IMG/VR virus record: IMGVR_UViG_3300022177_000086
Coordinates: 1 to 30,617 of that record
DNA from: a virus
Taxonomy: Duplodnaviria > Caudoviricetes
Length of the DNA stretch: 30,617 nucleotides
Direction: 5' to 3' (one strand)
Of this stretch, positions 16,351 through 25,014 are shown piece by piece. The first letter of the stretch is position 1. Each line of letters begins with the position of its first letter. Both the position numbers and the translations under genes were made by a program. The notes beneath the pieces are model-generated. The model had not been told where the DNA came from and searched no databases. It saw nothing but the letters and a program-made list of their open reading frames with translations.

Positions 16351-16960
16351 GACGTTTTTCGTAGCGTCGTTGCGCCGTGGCGTGAGCAAAGAAGAGAAGA
16401 ACCAAGGCAGCCTCACGCAACGCCGCTACTGCGCCACGTTTTGAAGCGTTGGGAGAACCTGAGAACATCGACGCCCCTGTTTCACGCCATGTCGGTACGT
16501 TCAGGCAGCGACGCCGCGAAAAGGACGTTTTTCGTAGCGTCGTTGCGCCGTGGCGTGAGTAAAGAAAAGAAAAACCAGAGCAGCCTCACGCAACGCCGCT
16601 ACGGCGCCACGTTTTGAAGCGTTGGGAGAACCTGAGAACATCGACGCCCCTGTTTCACGCCATGTCGGTACGTTCAGGCAGCGACGCCGCGAAAAGGACG
16701 TTTTTCGTAGCGTCGTTGCGTCGTGGCGTGAGCAAAGAAGAGAAGAACCAAGGCAGCCTCACGCAACGCCGCTACGGCGCCACGTTTTGAAGCGTTGGGA
16801 GAACCTGAGAACATCGACGCTCCTGTTTCACGCCATGTCGGTACGTTCAGGCAGCGACGCCGCGAAAAGGACGTTTTTCGTTGCGTCGTTGCGCCGTGGC
16901 GTGAGTTAAAGAAGAGAAGAACCAAAGCAGCCTCACGCTACGCCGCTACGGCGCTACGTT
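16351..16960 (+). repeat. Tandem array, 173-bp period, ~3.5 copies (4 palindromic elements + 3 near-identical linkers)
   Basis: Units start at 16351, 16524, 16697 and 16870. Each has CGTAGCGTCGTTGCGCCGTGGCGTGAG, a purine-rich loop, then CTCACGCAACGCCGCTAC. Confidence 0.95.
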
Positions 16961-17033
16961 GTGAAGCGTTGCGTGATTCCGGGTGAGAAACACGCATGCC
17001 GCGTGCTCGCGCGCGACCCGCCATCCCACGTCC

Positions 17034-17318
17034 TCAGAAGCCGCCCATCGGGCACGCCTGCCTGGCCCGGATCTTCTGCTTCAAGAGCGCCAGGTCGAGC
17101 CAGAAATCGTACGGAAAGGCGTCGGCCGCGAACGGAAAACCCGCCGCCTGGAGCAGGTGGACCGTGTAGAGCCGCTCGACGTAAGGCCCGATCTTGCGTT
17201 TGCGCTTCGGATTTTTCTCACATTTCGTGCAAAGAACCGGGAGGTTTCGGCCTTCGCAATCCTTCACGGTCTTGGGGTCGCATGCCTCCCGGAGCAGCTC
17301 GTCGATCTCGGCCTCCAA
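17034..17318 (-). CDS. Tail assembly chaperone, second (T-like) ORF, probably reached by -1 frameshift
   Basis: Weak TTG start with no RBS. In the -1 frame relative to the upstream ORF at C CCT TTG. Located before the tape measure gene. Cys-rich (CxxC). Confidence 0.65.
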   Translation of the reverse strand: MEAEIDELLREACDPKTVKDCEGRNLPVLCTKCEKNPKRKRKIGPYVERLYTVHLLQAAGFPFAADAFPYDFWLDLALLKQKIRARQACPMGGF

Positions 17319-17320
17319 GT

Positions 17321-17713
17321 CTATTCGTCCAAAGGGGCCTCAAGCTCGGCCTCCCGCGAAACGCCAGTGGATTCGAAGGCGACCATCGCCACGGCGCACA
17401 CAACGTCCGGGGCGTTCTTCACGAGCTGCTCTTTCCAGTCCTCGCGGTAATCGGGGTCGGCCGGATCGCTCGCGAACGGTCTGCCGTCACACCCGAAGGT
17501 GCCTTTCTTGAAGCCGGCAAGGATGCGGGCGCCGTATTTCAGGCGGTTTTCCGTGATCCGGCTCCGGAGTTTCCGGCCGCGCCGCTCGAAAAGGCCGTTC
17601 TGGTAGGCGGCGATTTCCTCGGTGGTGGGCGGCCGGTAGTGCATCTCGTGGACGTCGCCCGAGATTCCGTCCTGGATTTCAACGATGTTTCTCTGTGCGG
17701 ACAGGTCGCGCAT
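17321..17713 (-). CDS. Tail assembly chaperone (G-like)
   Basis: 130 aa between the tube and tape measure genes. YRPPT motif. GAGGAGG RBS. Ends in a slippery heptamer. Confidence 0.7.
   Translation of the reverse strand: MRDLSAQRNIVEIQDGISGDVHEMHYRPPTTEEIAAYQNGLFERRGRKLRSRITENRLKYGARILAGFKKGTFGCDGRPFASDPADPDYREDWKEQLVKNAPDVVCAVAMVAFESTGVSREAELEAPLDE
17330..17336 (-). promoter_or_regulatory. Candidate programmed -1 ribosomal frameshift site C CCU UUG
   Basis: X XXY YYZ pattern in the correct phase, two codons before the stop. The -1 frame (CCC TTT GGA CGA ATA GAC TTG GAG) is continuous with ORF 17034..17318. Confidence 0.7.
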
Positions 17714-17864
17714 TTTACCGATCCTCCTCGATGATAATCCTTAGGTTTTTCCTGCTCCATTTTCTCGTTGACCAGGTGCTGTTCTATCGCTTCAAGCGAT
17801 CGGCGGATGGCTCGGAGTTCATCCAGCGTTATTTCAAAGATGGTTTTCATACTCCATGCGCCCT

Positions 17865-18797
17865 TTACGTAATGGTGATGGTCAATTCGTCGTCGCCGTC
17901 GGTCATGGCCAGGGCGATGGGGACGGTGTAGGCCATGACGCCGTTACGATCCGCGTAGGTCATGTCCTTGAGCTGGGCTTTCGGGCAGTTCACGGTCAGG
18001 ATGTTCCCCTCCACGGTGCCGATGGGTCCGATGTTGAGGATCCTTGCCACGGCGTCTTCCCAGTTGGCCCAGAAGGGATGCGCGGCCTCGAGGACCGCCT
18101 CCGGGTCGAAAGAGCCTTGAGGCTGCCGCCCGACGATTTCAAACCCGATGATCCCCGAGGCCGAGTTGAGGGATTTTCGTTCCTTGACGTCGTTGTTGAT
18201 GTCGATTTCGAGCTTGGTCGCAACGGCCGAGTAGCCGCCGAAGGAAAACCCGGCGCTCAGCACCGGAACGGGCTTCGTGGCCGCGAAGGTCTGCGCCCCG
18301 GGCGAGGCGTCGGTTGGCGATTCGTAGAGGCCCTTCATGGTGAATTCGGCCGTCGGATACTTGCCCACCTCGAAGTTGAGCTTGAAGCTCCCGCGGCAGC
18401 CGAGGATCTTGTGGAAGATGCCGTCCATGTAGACGTAGATCGCGCAGGATTCGAACCCGGCGGACACGGGGGCGTAGACGATGGAGGTGTTTGCCGTCAC
18501 GGTTTCGGACATGCCGCAGGCCCGAAAGAGCGCCCCCGTCCAGCCGGTGTTGGGCAGGGTTCCCCGGGCCGTGCTTCCGTGCAGCTCGGTCTTGAATGCA
18601 AGCTCCACCTGGCGGATGCCCCGCATGAACATCAGGGGGCTCAGCGATGAGCGGATGAAGTCGCGCTCGATCACCTCCCCCTGGATTTTGAGATCGACGT
18701 CGCTCACCAGGAGCGCGTTGTTTGCCGGCGTCGGAGTGGGATCGACGCCGTAGCTGGCTTCCGGCTTGACGAGGATTACGGTTTTACGTGTGAGCAT
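17865..18797 (-). CDS. Phage tail tube (major tail) protein, non-contractile type
   Basis: 310 aa. KPEASYGVDPTP, LFRACGM, GCRGSFKL and CPKAQL...YADRNG motifs typical of Phage_tube_2-like proteins. No sheath gene nearby. Confidence 0.8.
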   Translation of the reverse strand: MLTRKTVILVKPEASYGVDPTPTPANNALLVSDVDLKIQGEVIERDFIRSSLSPLMFMRGIRQVELAFKTELHGSTARGTLPNTGWTGALFRACGMSETVTANTSIVYAPVSAGFESCAIYVYMDGIFHKILGCRGSFKLNFEVGKYPTAEFTMKGLYESPTDASPGAQTFAATKPVPVLSAGFSFGGYSAVATKLEIDINNDVKERKSLNSASGIIGFEIVGRQPQGSFDPEAVLEAAHPFWANWEDAVARILNIGPIGTVEGNILTVNCPKAQLKDMTYADRNGVMAYTVPIALAMTDGDDELTITIT

Positions 18798-18975
18798 CGT
18801 CGGTTCCTTCCTTGCGATTCACGGACGTTTTGTTTCCCGTGGCGTCGTCCGGGCTCGAAAAGCCGTTTTCCGGTTCCAGCGGGGTTCCGTCGGCCTCGCG
18901 CCGATACTGTCCGCCGGAGCGGACTGTGATGTTCATTCCCTCCGGGGGGCGTTTTTTTCCATCCTTTGCCTTCAT
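18784..18975 (-). CDS. Small hypothetical phage protein
   Basis: 63 aa with an AAAGGAG RBS upstream. Fills the gp37-to-tube gap, where Mu has small gp38. Confidence 0.45.
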   Translation of the reverse strand: MKAKDGKKRPPEGMNITVRSGGQYRREADGTPLEPENGFSSPDDATGNKTSVNRKEGTDDAHT

Positions 18976-19013
18976 CCTCGCACTCCTTTCACGGACCGCG
19001 CTTCACGGGTGAT

Positions 19014-19454
19014 TCAAAGCGCGAACCGGCAGCGGGTTTCGAAACTGATGCCGTAGATCGAGAGGTTCCGGTCGCCGTCGATGGCCCGTTCGACTTTAGG
19101 CAGAAGGGGGTCGATGCGGAGTCCGCAGTCCTGGCCGGTCAGAGCTCCACGGACGGCTTCGAGCAGCCCGTAAACCCCGTTTTCGTCTCCGTGGCCGTGT
19201 CTTGCGGCTTCATCTCCCCTGGCGTTCCGGGTCATGACGAACACGTTGAAGAGCATCGTGCGGTCCTGGACTCCGTTCATGCGGTGTTCGTAGCTTCCTT
19301 GTTCGTAGGCCACGAAGGCTGCCGGAAAAAGGAGGGTTGCGTCCTCGATGTCCTTGAGCAGGAACTGGGCCAGGGAACCGCAGACCTTGAACCGAGGCTC
19401 CCGGCTCCGGAGCTCTTCGACGATGGCGTTTTCGATTTCGGCAATGGTGTGCAT
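19014..19454 (-). CDS. Mu gp37-like (DUF1834) tail terminator/completion protein
   Basis: 146 aa from MHTIAEIENAIV. PAAFVAY, RNARGDEAARHG and GVYGLLEAVR motifs; follows gp36. Confidence 0.8.
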   Translation of the reverse strand: MHTIAEIENAIVEELRSREPRFKVCGSLAQFLLKDIEDATLLFPAAFVAYEQGSYEHRMNGVQDRTMLFNVFVMTRNARGDEAARHGHGDENGVYGLLEAVRGALTGQDCGLRIDPLLPKVERAIDGDRNLSIYGISFETRCRFAL

Positions 19455-19483
19455 CGGGACTCCACGGTGAATCTTCGGGGATC

Positions 19484-19915
19484 CTAGAATCCCGTCAGGG
19501 TGTTCCGAGTGAACGCACGGCGCGGGTTTTCCCCGGACATGCACGGCGCGTCGGATTCGGGCGGATTCCCTTCGGGGTCCTGGCGGCCGAGGGAGAGACG
19601 GCCCCTGGACGCCTGCTCGAGAAACCGGAGCGCGTTCCGGTAGCGTTCCACCCGCATTTCCGGGACGTTTTCCCGCCGTCCGTAAAGGTTGTAGACGGCA
19701 ATGTCGACCGCGGCCTTGCGCAGCATGGGGGGAACCGGGTCGAGCGGCACGGCGTATCGGGCGCCGACATGGGTGTCGATTTCTTCGCCGGCGTCCTCAA
19801 TGGCCCGCTCCACGCGCGCCGTGTCCACCGTTCCCGTTCCCTCGTCGTCCGTGAGTTGGATGAGCTTCGATTCGTCCAACTGATTCCTGATGTCGTCAAT
19901 CGTGCAGTAAGCCAT
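19484..19915 (-). CDS. Mu gp36-like (DUF1320) head-tail connector
   Basis: 143 aa from MAYCTIDD. LIQLTD, EIDTHVGARYAVPL, DIAVYNLY and RYRNALRFL motifs. Confidence 0.88.
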   Translation of the reverse strand: MAYCTIDDIRNQLDESKLIQLTDDEGTGTVDTARVERAIEDAGEEIDTHVGARYAVPLDPVPPMLRKAAVDIAVYNLYGRRENVPEMRVERYRNALRFLEQASRGRLSLGRQDPEGNPPESDAPCMSGENPRRAFTRNTLTGF

Positions 19916-20183
19916 CGGGGTCGTCTCCCTTTCCGGAGCTCCTGCGCGCGGATTTTCGTGAAGGACCGCAGGTCCCCGGTTTCGAGTCGCAGTCAAGTGG
20001 GGAGTCGCCTGCCGAAGCCGGGCCGGTATCGTCTTTCACCGTTTCCACCCTCAGCATGGGTTCGGCTTTCAACCGCTCCAACTGCGCCGCGGTGAACCGG
20101 TCATCGGCGTGGTCGGTCCATGTCGCCGGATGGGCGATTCCGCACCGCCGAAATCCATCGTTGAAAGATTTGATGCGAATCAC
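19896..20183 (-). CDS. Mu-like gp35 / HI1506-related protein
   Basis: GTG start at 20183 with an AAAGGA RBS. IRIKS..DGFRRCGIAH...FTAAQLERLKAEPMLRV motif; follows the major capsid gene. Confidence 0.75.
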   Translation of the reverse strand: MIRIKSFNDGFRRCGIAHPATWTDHADDRFTAAQLERLKAEPMLRVETVKDDTGPASAGDSPLDCDSKPGTCGPSRKSARRSSGKGDDPDGLLHD

Positions 20184-20265
20184 GATGTTCCTTTCCGGGC
20201 GGGGAAGAGCCCCCGCCCATAATGCAGCGTGATAGTAATTTGCGTTTAGGACGATGCTTTTCGGA

Positions 20266-20340
20266 GGACGGGCATAAAGCCTGCCCCTGCGTCCGATGGG
20301 CACATCGGTCCTTGGCAAGGGGCGGGTTTATCCCCGCCCG
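20266..20340. repeat. Degenerate REP doublet (REPIN-like)
   Basis: Inverted pair: reverse complement GCAGGGGCAGGCTTTATGCCCGTCC (20266-20290) and GCAAGGGGCGGGTTTATCCCCGCCC (20315-20339). Resembles GTAG-class REPs. Confidence 0.55.
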
Positions 20341-20503
20341 CCATGCCTTGCGCCGGTTCCGTACTTCGTCATCTTGAACGCAACGCAATCGTCCATGGCG
20401 CCTGCGTCACCCGCGAAGCATGAAACAGGCTCACCCGTGAGTTTATTTTCCAGGTGAATCCAAATAAGAACCATCCGGGCTGCGGCGATTCTTCAAAGGC
20501 TCA

Positions 20504-21385
20504 TCAAGCCAGCCAGGGAACGACGGCCAGTTCAGCGGTGCCGTACCATGGATTTCCGGCTCCCGCGGCGTCGTTGATCACTTTCAGCACCGAACGCCCG
20601 GCGCTTTCCAGCGTCGGAGGCACCACCAGGTGCGTCGGCGTGATCCCGAGGGGCACGCCGTCGTCGTTTTTCAGACCCATCATGGCGGCCCGGGCCACGG
20701 CGTAGTTGGCCGCGGTGAGCGTCTCCCGGCAAGCATAGGCAAGCTGCCACAGACCGAAGCCGACGTTCTTGCGGTCATCCACGCCATAGCGGTACTTTCG
20801 GCGCATGAAGACGTTCTCGTTGCCGGGGTCGTCCAGGGCGACCAGTTCGGGGCGCTTACGGACCTGGAGAATGATCGGTTTCATGGGACGCGAGAGATCC
20901 ATGAGAAACCAGGCGGTGCCTGAGCCGCCGCCGAAGTTGGAGACACTCCCGCCCGCCGAGGGGTGATCCGAATCGAAGAAGTACTGGCCGTCGTAGCAGG
21001 TTGTCGAGAATCCCTTCCCCAGCAGATCGAACACCAGGAGATCGGGATGCCTGCGGGCGGCATCGGCCAGTTGCAGGATCCTCGGACGGTGGATGCCGAT
21101 CCGGTCGTCTTCGACGTCGTTGCGATCGACTTCGATGGTGGCTTCGAAGTCCTTGTTCACGATGGCGTAGTGGAACGCGGAAAGGTCCCGGATAACCCGG
21201 TTGCCCACCCATTCCTTCATCATGGGGAGGTCGCCGAGCCAGTCGTAATTTTCTTCCCGGGCTTCGCTGGGCACCTCCATGGCCACCAGGGGCCACTGGC
21301 TGGGGGCCGCGGTGTCCCAGGCCTCGCTGAAAATCGTCCGGAACGATTTGTAGATGCCTTGAAGATTCGCTTGATTGACGATCAT
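20504..21385 (-). CDS. Mu-like major capsid protein gpT
   Basis: 293 aa. YDWLGDLPMMKEWVG, NKDFEATIEVDRNDVEDD, CYDGQYFFDSDH, GFGLWQLAY and LGITPTHLVVPP motifs. Confidence 0.93.
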   Translation of the reverse strand: MIVNQANLQGIYKSFRTIFSEAWDTAAPSQWPLVAMEVPSEAREENYDWLGDLPMMKEWVGNRVIRDLSAFHYAIVNKDFEATIEVDRNDVEDDRIGIHRPRILQLADAARRHPDLLVFDLLGKGFSTTCYDGQYFFDSDHPSAGGSVSNFGGGSGTAWFLMDLSRPMKPIILQVRKRPELVALDDPGNENVFMRRKYRYGVDDRKNVGFGLWQLAYACRETLTAANYAVARAAMMGLKNDDGVPLGITPTHLVVPPTLESAGRSVLKVINDAAGAGNPWYGTAELAVVPWLA

Positions 21386-21491
21386 TTCGTCTCCTCCGTG
21401 TTAAGTGCCTCGGGGAGTTCCCCGGGCTCTCCCGCCCGCCGCGGTCGAGAGGGCCTCGGCGGAAAGGCGCAATCCGCCGTCCCCGTCGCCG

Positions 21492-21887
21492 CTACTGAAT
21501 TTCAACCCACACGCCGTCGGATTCGATTCCGATGCATCGGCCGGCGACGATGGAATTGGTGCCGCCGGTGGAGGCCACCGTTTCGTCGTCTTCGACGTAG
21601 ACACTCGATCCGACGCCGGTGAGCCCCACCGCGTGAGTGCTCGAATTGCGGTACTTGAAGGCCATCTTGCGGCAGGCCGTCACCAGAAGGTCTCCGTTCT
21701 GGCCCCCGGAATTGTCGGCGCGCGTGTCGGCCCTGCCCATGACCTTGAGTCCCGGGCTGTCCGCTGCTTCGACGGCGTAGCCGGAAGCATTCACCGCGAC
21801 CATTTTTCCCGCTTCGATGAGCGTTCCCGCCGCAACCGGCAGCGGGATGAGGTCCCCGTCCTGCATTGGTGTCTTGCGATCCGCCAT
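21492..21887 (-). CDS. Capsid decoration/cement protein
   Basis: 131 aa from MADRKTP with an AGGAGG RBS. VAAGTLIEAG, VYVEDDETV and GVWVEI motifs; between protease and capsid. Confidence 0.75.
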   Translation of the reverse strand: MADRKTPMQDGDLIPLPVAAGTLIEAGKMVAVNASGYAVEAADSPGLKVMGRADTRADNSGGQNGDLLVTACRKMAFKYRNSSTHAVGLTGVGSSVYVEDDETVASTGGTNSIVAGRCIGIESDGVWVEIQ

Positions 21888-21898
21888 GATTGCACCTC

Positions 21899-22978
21899 CT
21901 AGAGTTCGTCTTTCGGACCGAATTTTTTCCACGTTTCCGCGCTGATCCCCATCATCCGGTTGATGAGCATCTGCTCGCCGTCGGAGGGTGCGGGACCGCC
22001 CGGGCGAACGTCGCCGATGATGTCCAGGGATTCGGTGCGCACCACTCGCGGGGCCTTTGCCGTGAACAGTCGGAACCCCGCGGGGTCCCGCAGAGCGTAC
22101 GTTTGCGCCCATTCCTTCTGGGCCGGGGTGATCTTGCCTTCCCGCAAAGCCGCCGTAACCAGGTCGTCCCGATCGTGTTCGGCCAGTTTGCGTCGGAGCT
22201 CGGCCACTTCGACGCCCAGGTCCGGCCTTTGTCTCAGGGCGTGAATGGACGCGATGATTTCGCTGGCGCCCGCATCCCCGGGGAGCTCCAGCACACGGCG
22301 AACGTCCGCGCAGGCGGGGCACGCGGAGCCGGTTTCAAAGTTTTCCACGGACACTCCGGAAGCCGCGCCGGTGTGTCCGGCCGGCTTTTCCACAGCTTCA
22401 GTCACATCCTGCTCCCGCGCCCCTTCGGGCGGTCCCAATGGTTTTGCATTCCTCTCGAGATACATGCCTTCCTCCGTTCGTGTTGACGTTGATGCCAGGG
22501 CGATCCGCGGTTCGGCGTCGATCCGGGCCACGATCGGCCGGAGGCGGTTCAACCGCGGGGCGTTGGTGAGAGCCACCCGAAGCAGCTCCATCAGCCGCCG
22601 GTCCGTCCTGGACACAAGAAAGACGGGCGAAAAGTAGCGGTACTCCCGGTTGGCCAGGTATTCTCCGGCTCTTTCAGTCCATTCGACCCTCGCCCACAGG
22701 CCGTCTTCGCCACGGTTCTCCAGCGCCTTGATCCAGCCCGCCGCCGGCGCGGGGTTTCCTTCTTCGGTCTGGTGTTCGTAGTCGACCACCATGTCCAGGC
22801 CTCTTGCCCGGAAACGGTCGACCACCCGGTCCATGGCGGCGTCATCGACTATGACGGGCTCGTCGCCTTCGATACTCACCGGTCCATGCGGGAAAACCTG
22901 GAACGCACCGGGTACGGCCGTCGCGCCGTCGCCGGACAGCGCAGCGGTCAGCTGCTGCAACAGGGTATCCTTGTTCAT
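21899..22978 (-). CDS. Mu-like prophage I protein (head maturation protease + scaffold)
   Basis: 359 aa. VVDYEHQT, APAAGWI, VEWT..A...EYRYFSPVF, ALTNAP and GKITPAQKEW motifs. Confidence 0.92.
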   Translation of the reverse strand: MNKDTLLQQLTAALSGDGATAVPGAFQVFPHGPVSIEGDEPVIVDDAAMDRVVDRFRARGLDMVVDYEHQTEEGNPAPAAGWIKALENRGEDGLWARVEWTERAGEYLANREYRYFSPVFLVSRTDRRLMELLRVALTNAPRLNRLRPIVARIDAEPRIALASTSTRTEEGMYLERNAKPLGPPEGAREQDVTEAVEKPAGHTGAASGVSVENFETGSACPACADVRRVLELPGDAGASEIIASIHALRQRPDLGVEVAELRRKLAEHDRDDLVTAALREGKITPAQKEWAQTYALRDPAGFRLFTAKAPRVVRTESLDIIGDVRPGGPAPSDGEQMLINRMMGISAETWKKFGPKDEL

Positions 22979-23030
22979 CGAGCTTCTCCTCCGGGGTTTG
23001 GATGCAGGCCCGCGCGTCGCCGGGGCGCGA

Positions 23031-23537
23031 TCAATGCTGAGCGAGATAGGCTGCCACGAGGGTGCGCAGCTCCCCCCAATCCCTCAGTTTCAGCCCCAGG
23101 AAGGGACGGGCGGGGATCCCGGACGGGCGTGCATTTCCTTTGGAGCCCCGGCCTCTTTTCCCCGCTCGACCGATCGTTTTGGAAACCATTTGCGCCGTCC
23201 CGCCCGACAGCGGTCCGTCACTCCCGAACTGGTGGACCGGTCCGTACACCACCGGCGTTCCAATTCGGACCTCTTTGGCCGAAACCTGCACGTTGATGGA
23301 GTTTCTCAGGGTGCCGGTGTCGATGAGGGTTTTGCCTCCGGACTGACGTACCCTGTCGGAGGGCGGCCACGCGCCGCCCTCCGGGCCCTTGCCCTCATCG
23401 AAGCTCTGCATCGCCCGGGTGTGGACGATCTCTCCCAGTTGCCGCAGCACCGGCGAGAGGTCGAGGAGCATCTCGTGGAGCGTGTGCATCCGGAACTTGA
23501 TGCGCCTTTCATCGATAGTGATGCTCACGTGAGCCAT
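23031..23537 (-). CDS. Virion morphogenesis protein (Mu gpG/gp31, Phage_tail_S family)
   Basis: 168 aa. FDEGKGPEGGAW, LIDTGTLRNSI, VHQFG and IPARPFLG motifs. Confidence 0.88.
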   Translation of the reverse strand: MAHVSITIDERRIKFRMHTLHEMLLDLSPVLRQLGEIVHTRAMQSFDEGKGPEGGAWPPSDRVRQSGGKTLIDTGTLRNSINVQVSAKEVRIGTPVVYGPVHQFGSDGPLSGGTAQMVSKTIGRAGKRGRGSKGNARPSGIPARPFLGLKLRDWGELRTLVAAYLAQH

Positions 23538-23637
23538 CGAAGCGTACTCCTTCCTCCGGCGCGCTGCGCGCGGCGTTGCTCGCGCCGATCGAGTCGTTTC
23601 CCCGCGGTTTTCACTCCGTTCCCCGCCACGATACCCC

Positions 23638-25014
23638 TCACAGCGCGTCCATCAGCTGCTCCCACAGCCAGAACAGCCGGATCAACTCCCCGAACGGCCG
23701 GTCCGCGGCGATGTCCGGCTTCTTCTCATGAACCATGGCCCAGAAGCGCTCAGACAGGTTCTCGGCGTTCTCGGAGAGGTTCAGCTCGGTGATGAGCTTC
23801 TTCTCATCGGTTTCGTCGATGTCGAGCTTGCGCAGAACGGCCCGCAGGTGTTCGACCCAGGCGGAGTAAGTGCCCGGAGCCCGCGAGCGCGACTCGGTGA
23901 AGGGCGTGAGCCTGCATTCCAGGTTGAGCGCCCGGGCGGCTTCGGCCAGGTAGTGCCTGGCCCACAGGTCGTTCACGGCTTCCTTGATCGCCGAGTAGTC
24001 CGGATCGGAGTTGTACCGCTTGATGTCGACGGGATGTCCGAGGTGATGTCCGAATTCGTGAATCAGGAGGCGGAACGCATCGATTTCCGCTTCCGTCCGG
24101 ATCGCGCCGATGTTGAGGATCCAGCGGATTCGATCATAGACGGCTTCGGGAAGGGCGATCTCCCCCGTTCTGGGGTTGCTCCACCCCGTTACAGCCTCTC
24201 CGGGGAGCGGCGCAATAGTGAGCGGGTTCCTTGAGGCCGTGATCCCGGTCTGGGCGAATCCGTCGCGCAACCGCGTGAGATCCTCCTCAAGGGAAGGGAT
24301 GTTCCAGGGGCGCCCGATCATGTCCCGGGTGATGAGCCCGCGAGCTTCCGGGCCGTACTGCGCAAGGTCCGGCTGCCAGCGGACCATTCCGGGGTTGAAA
24401 TCGAATCCCGGATCCGGACCGTGGGGCGGCGCCTCGTTTTCGAGCGGCAGCTTCATCCGCTCGAACCGGTCTTCCGAAAGGCTTCGCACGGTACACCTGC
24501 AGTTGAAGCCGTTCGGAGGATACCAGGCGTTCCAGAACGGGTGGTCGAAACGGTACACCTTGCCGTTGAGAGCGGCGTGGAGCGGCCTCGTGCGATGGTC
24601 GCCGACGGCATCATACATCCAGTAGGGACGCACGTGGGCCGTCTCGACGAGTTGCCTGAAGCGCCCGGCCTGGTAGGCTGACTGCAGGTTCGTGCGGTAG
24701 ATGGTTTCAAGGCGCCGGCCGGTCAGAGCTCCCGGCGGCCTGTCCCGTTTTTCGCTGAACCACCCTTTTGAGGCCAGCAGCCCGGACAGCCCGGATTTGA
24801 ACTGCTGAATGGAAGTGCCGTCCGCAACGGCTTTGCCCACCGCCTTGCGGATGTCCTCAAGGACATCGATGGCGGTGACCCGGGCCACGGTAAAGGCGTG
24901 AACGTGTTCGGACGCCCAGACGTCCCGCCAGGAATCGGGGGAGACCACGATGTTCTTGGCGTTGAAGAATTCGATGGCTTCCGTGAAGGGGAGCAGTTCC
25001 GGGAAAGCTTTCAT
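23638..25014 (-). CDS. Minor head protein MuF (gp30) with C-terminal zinc-metallopeptidase-like extension
   Basis: 458 aa from MKAFPELLPF (ATG overlaps the portal stop, ATGA). AFTVA, RLETIYRTN, YDAVGDHRTRPLH, PPNGFNCRC and DPGFDFNPG motifs, then ~230 extra aa with LIHEFGH and EAVND. Confidence 0.88.
   Translation of the reverse strand: MKAFPELLPFTEAIEFFNAKNIVVSPDSWRDVWASEHVHAFTVARVTAIDVLEDIRKAVGKAVADGTSIQQFKSGLSGLLASKGWFSEKRDRPPGALTGRRLETIYRTNLQSAYQAGRFRQLVETAHVRPYWMYDAVGDHRTRPLHAALNGKVYRFDHPFWNAWYPPNGFNCRCTVRSLSEDRFERMKLPLENEAPPHGPDPGFDFNPGMVRWQPDLAQYGPEARGLITRDMIGRPWNIPSLEEDLTRLRDGFAQTGITASRNPLTIAPLPGEAVTGWSNPRTGEIALPEAVYDRIRWILNIGAIRTEAEIDAFRLLIHEFGHHLGHPVDIKRYNSDPDYSAIKEAVNDLWARHYLAEAARALNLECRLTPFTESRSRAPGTYSAWVEHLRAVLRKLDIDETDEKKLITELNLSENAENLSERFWAMVHEKKPDIAADRPFGELIRLFWLWEQLMDAL

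Noticed and set aside
16285-16416. N-terminal extension of the tape measure protein and small ORFs within the repeat arrays
   Set aside because: These derive from repeat and intergenic sequence. MAENRVQIVITAD at 16284 is the typical start.
16351-16960. CRISPR array interpretation of the 173-bp array (and of the 191-bp array at 26831-27290)
   Set aside because: The 'spacers' are near-identical within each array, the repeats are ~85-90 bp, and there is no adjacent cas operon.
22766-22792. Possible self-target of array block 1 in the protease gene (ATG GTG GTC GAC TAC GAA CAC CAG ACC vs AA GT GT GA TA AA GT CA TT)
   Set aside because: Only 12 of 18 specified positions match, which is expected several times by chance in a window of this size. 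I found no convincing target by eye, and my search was not exhaustive.
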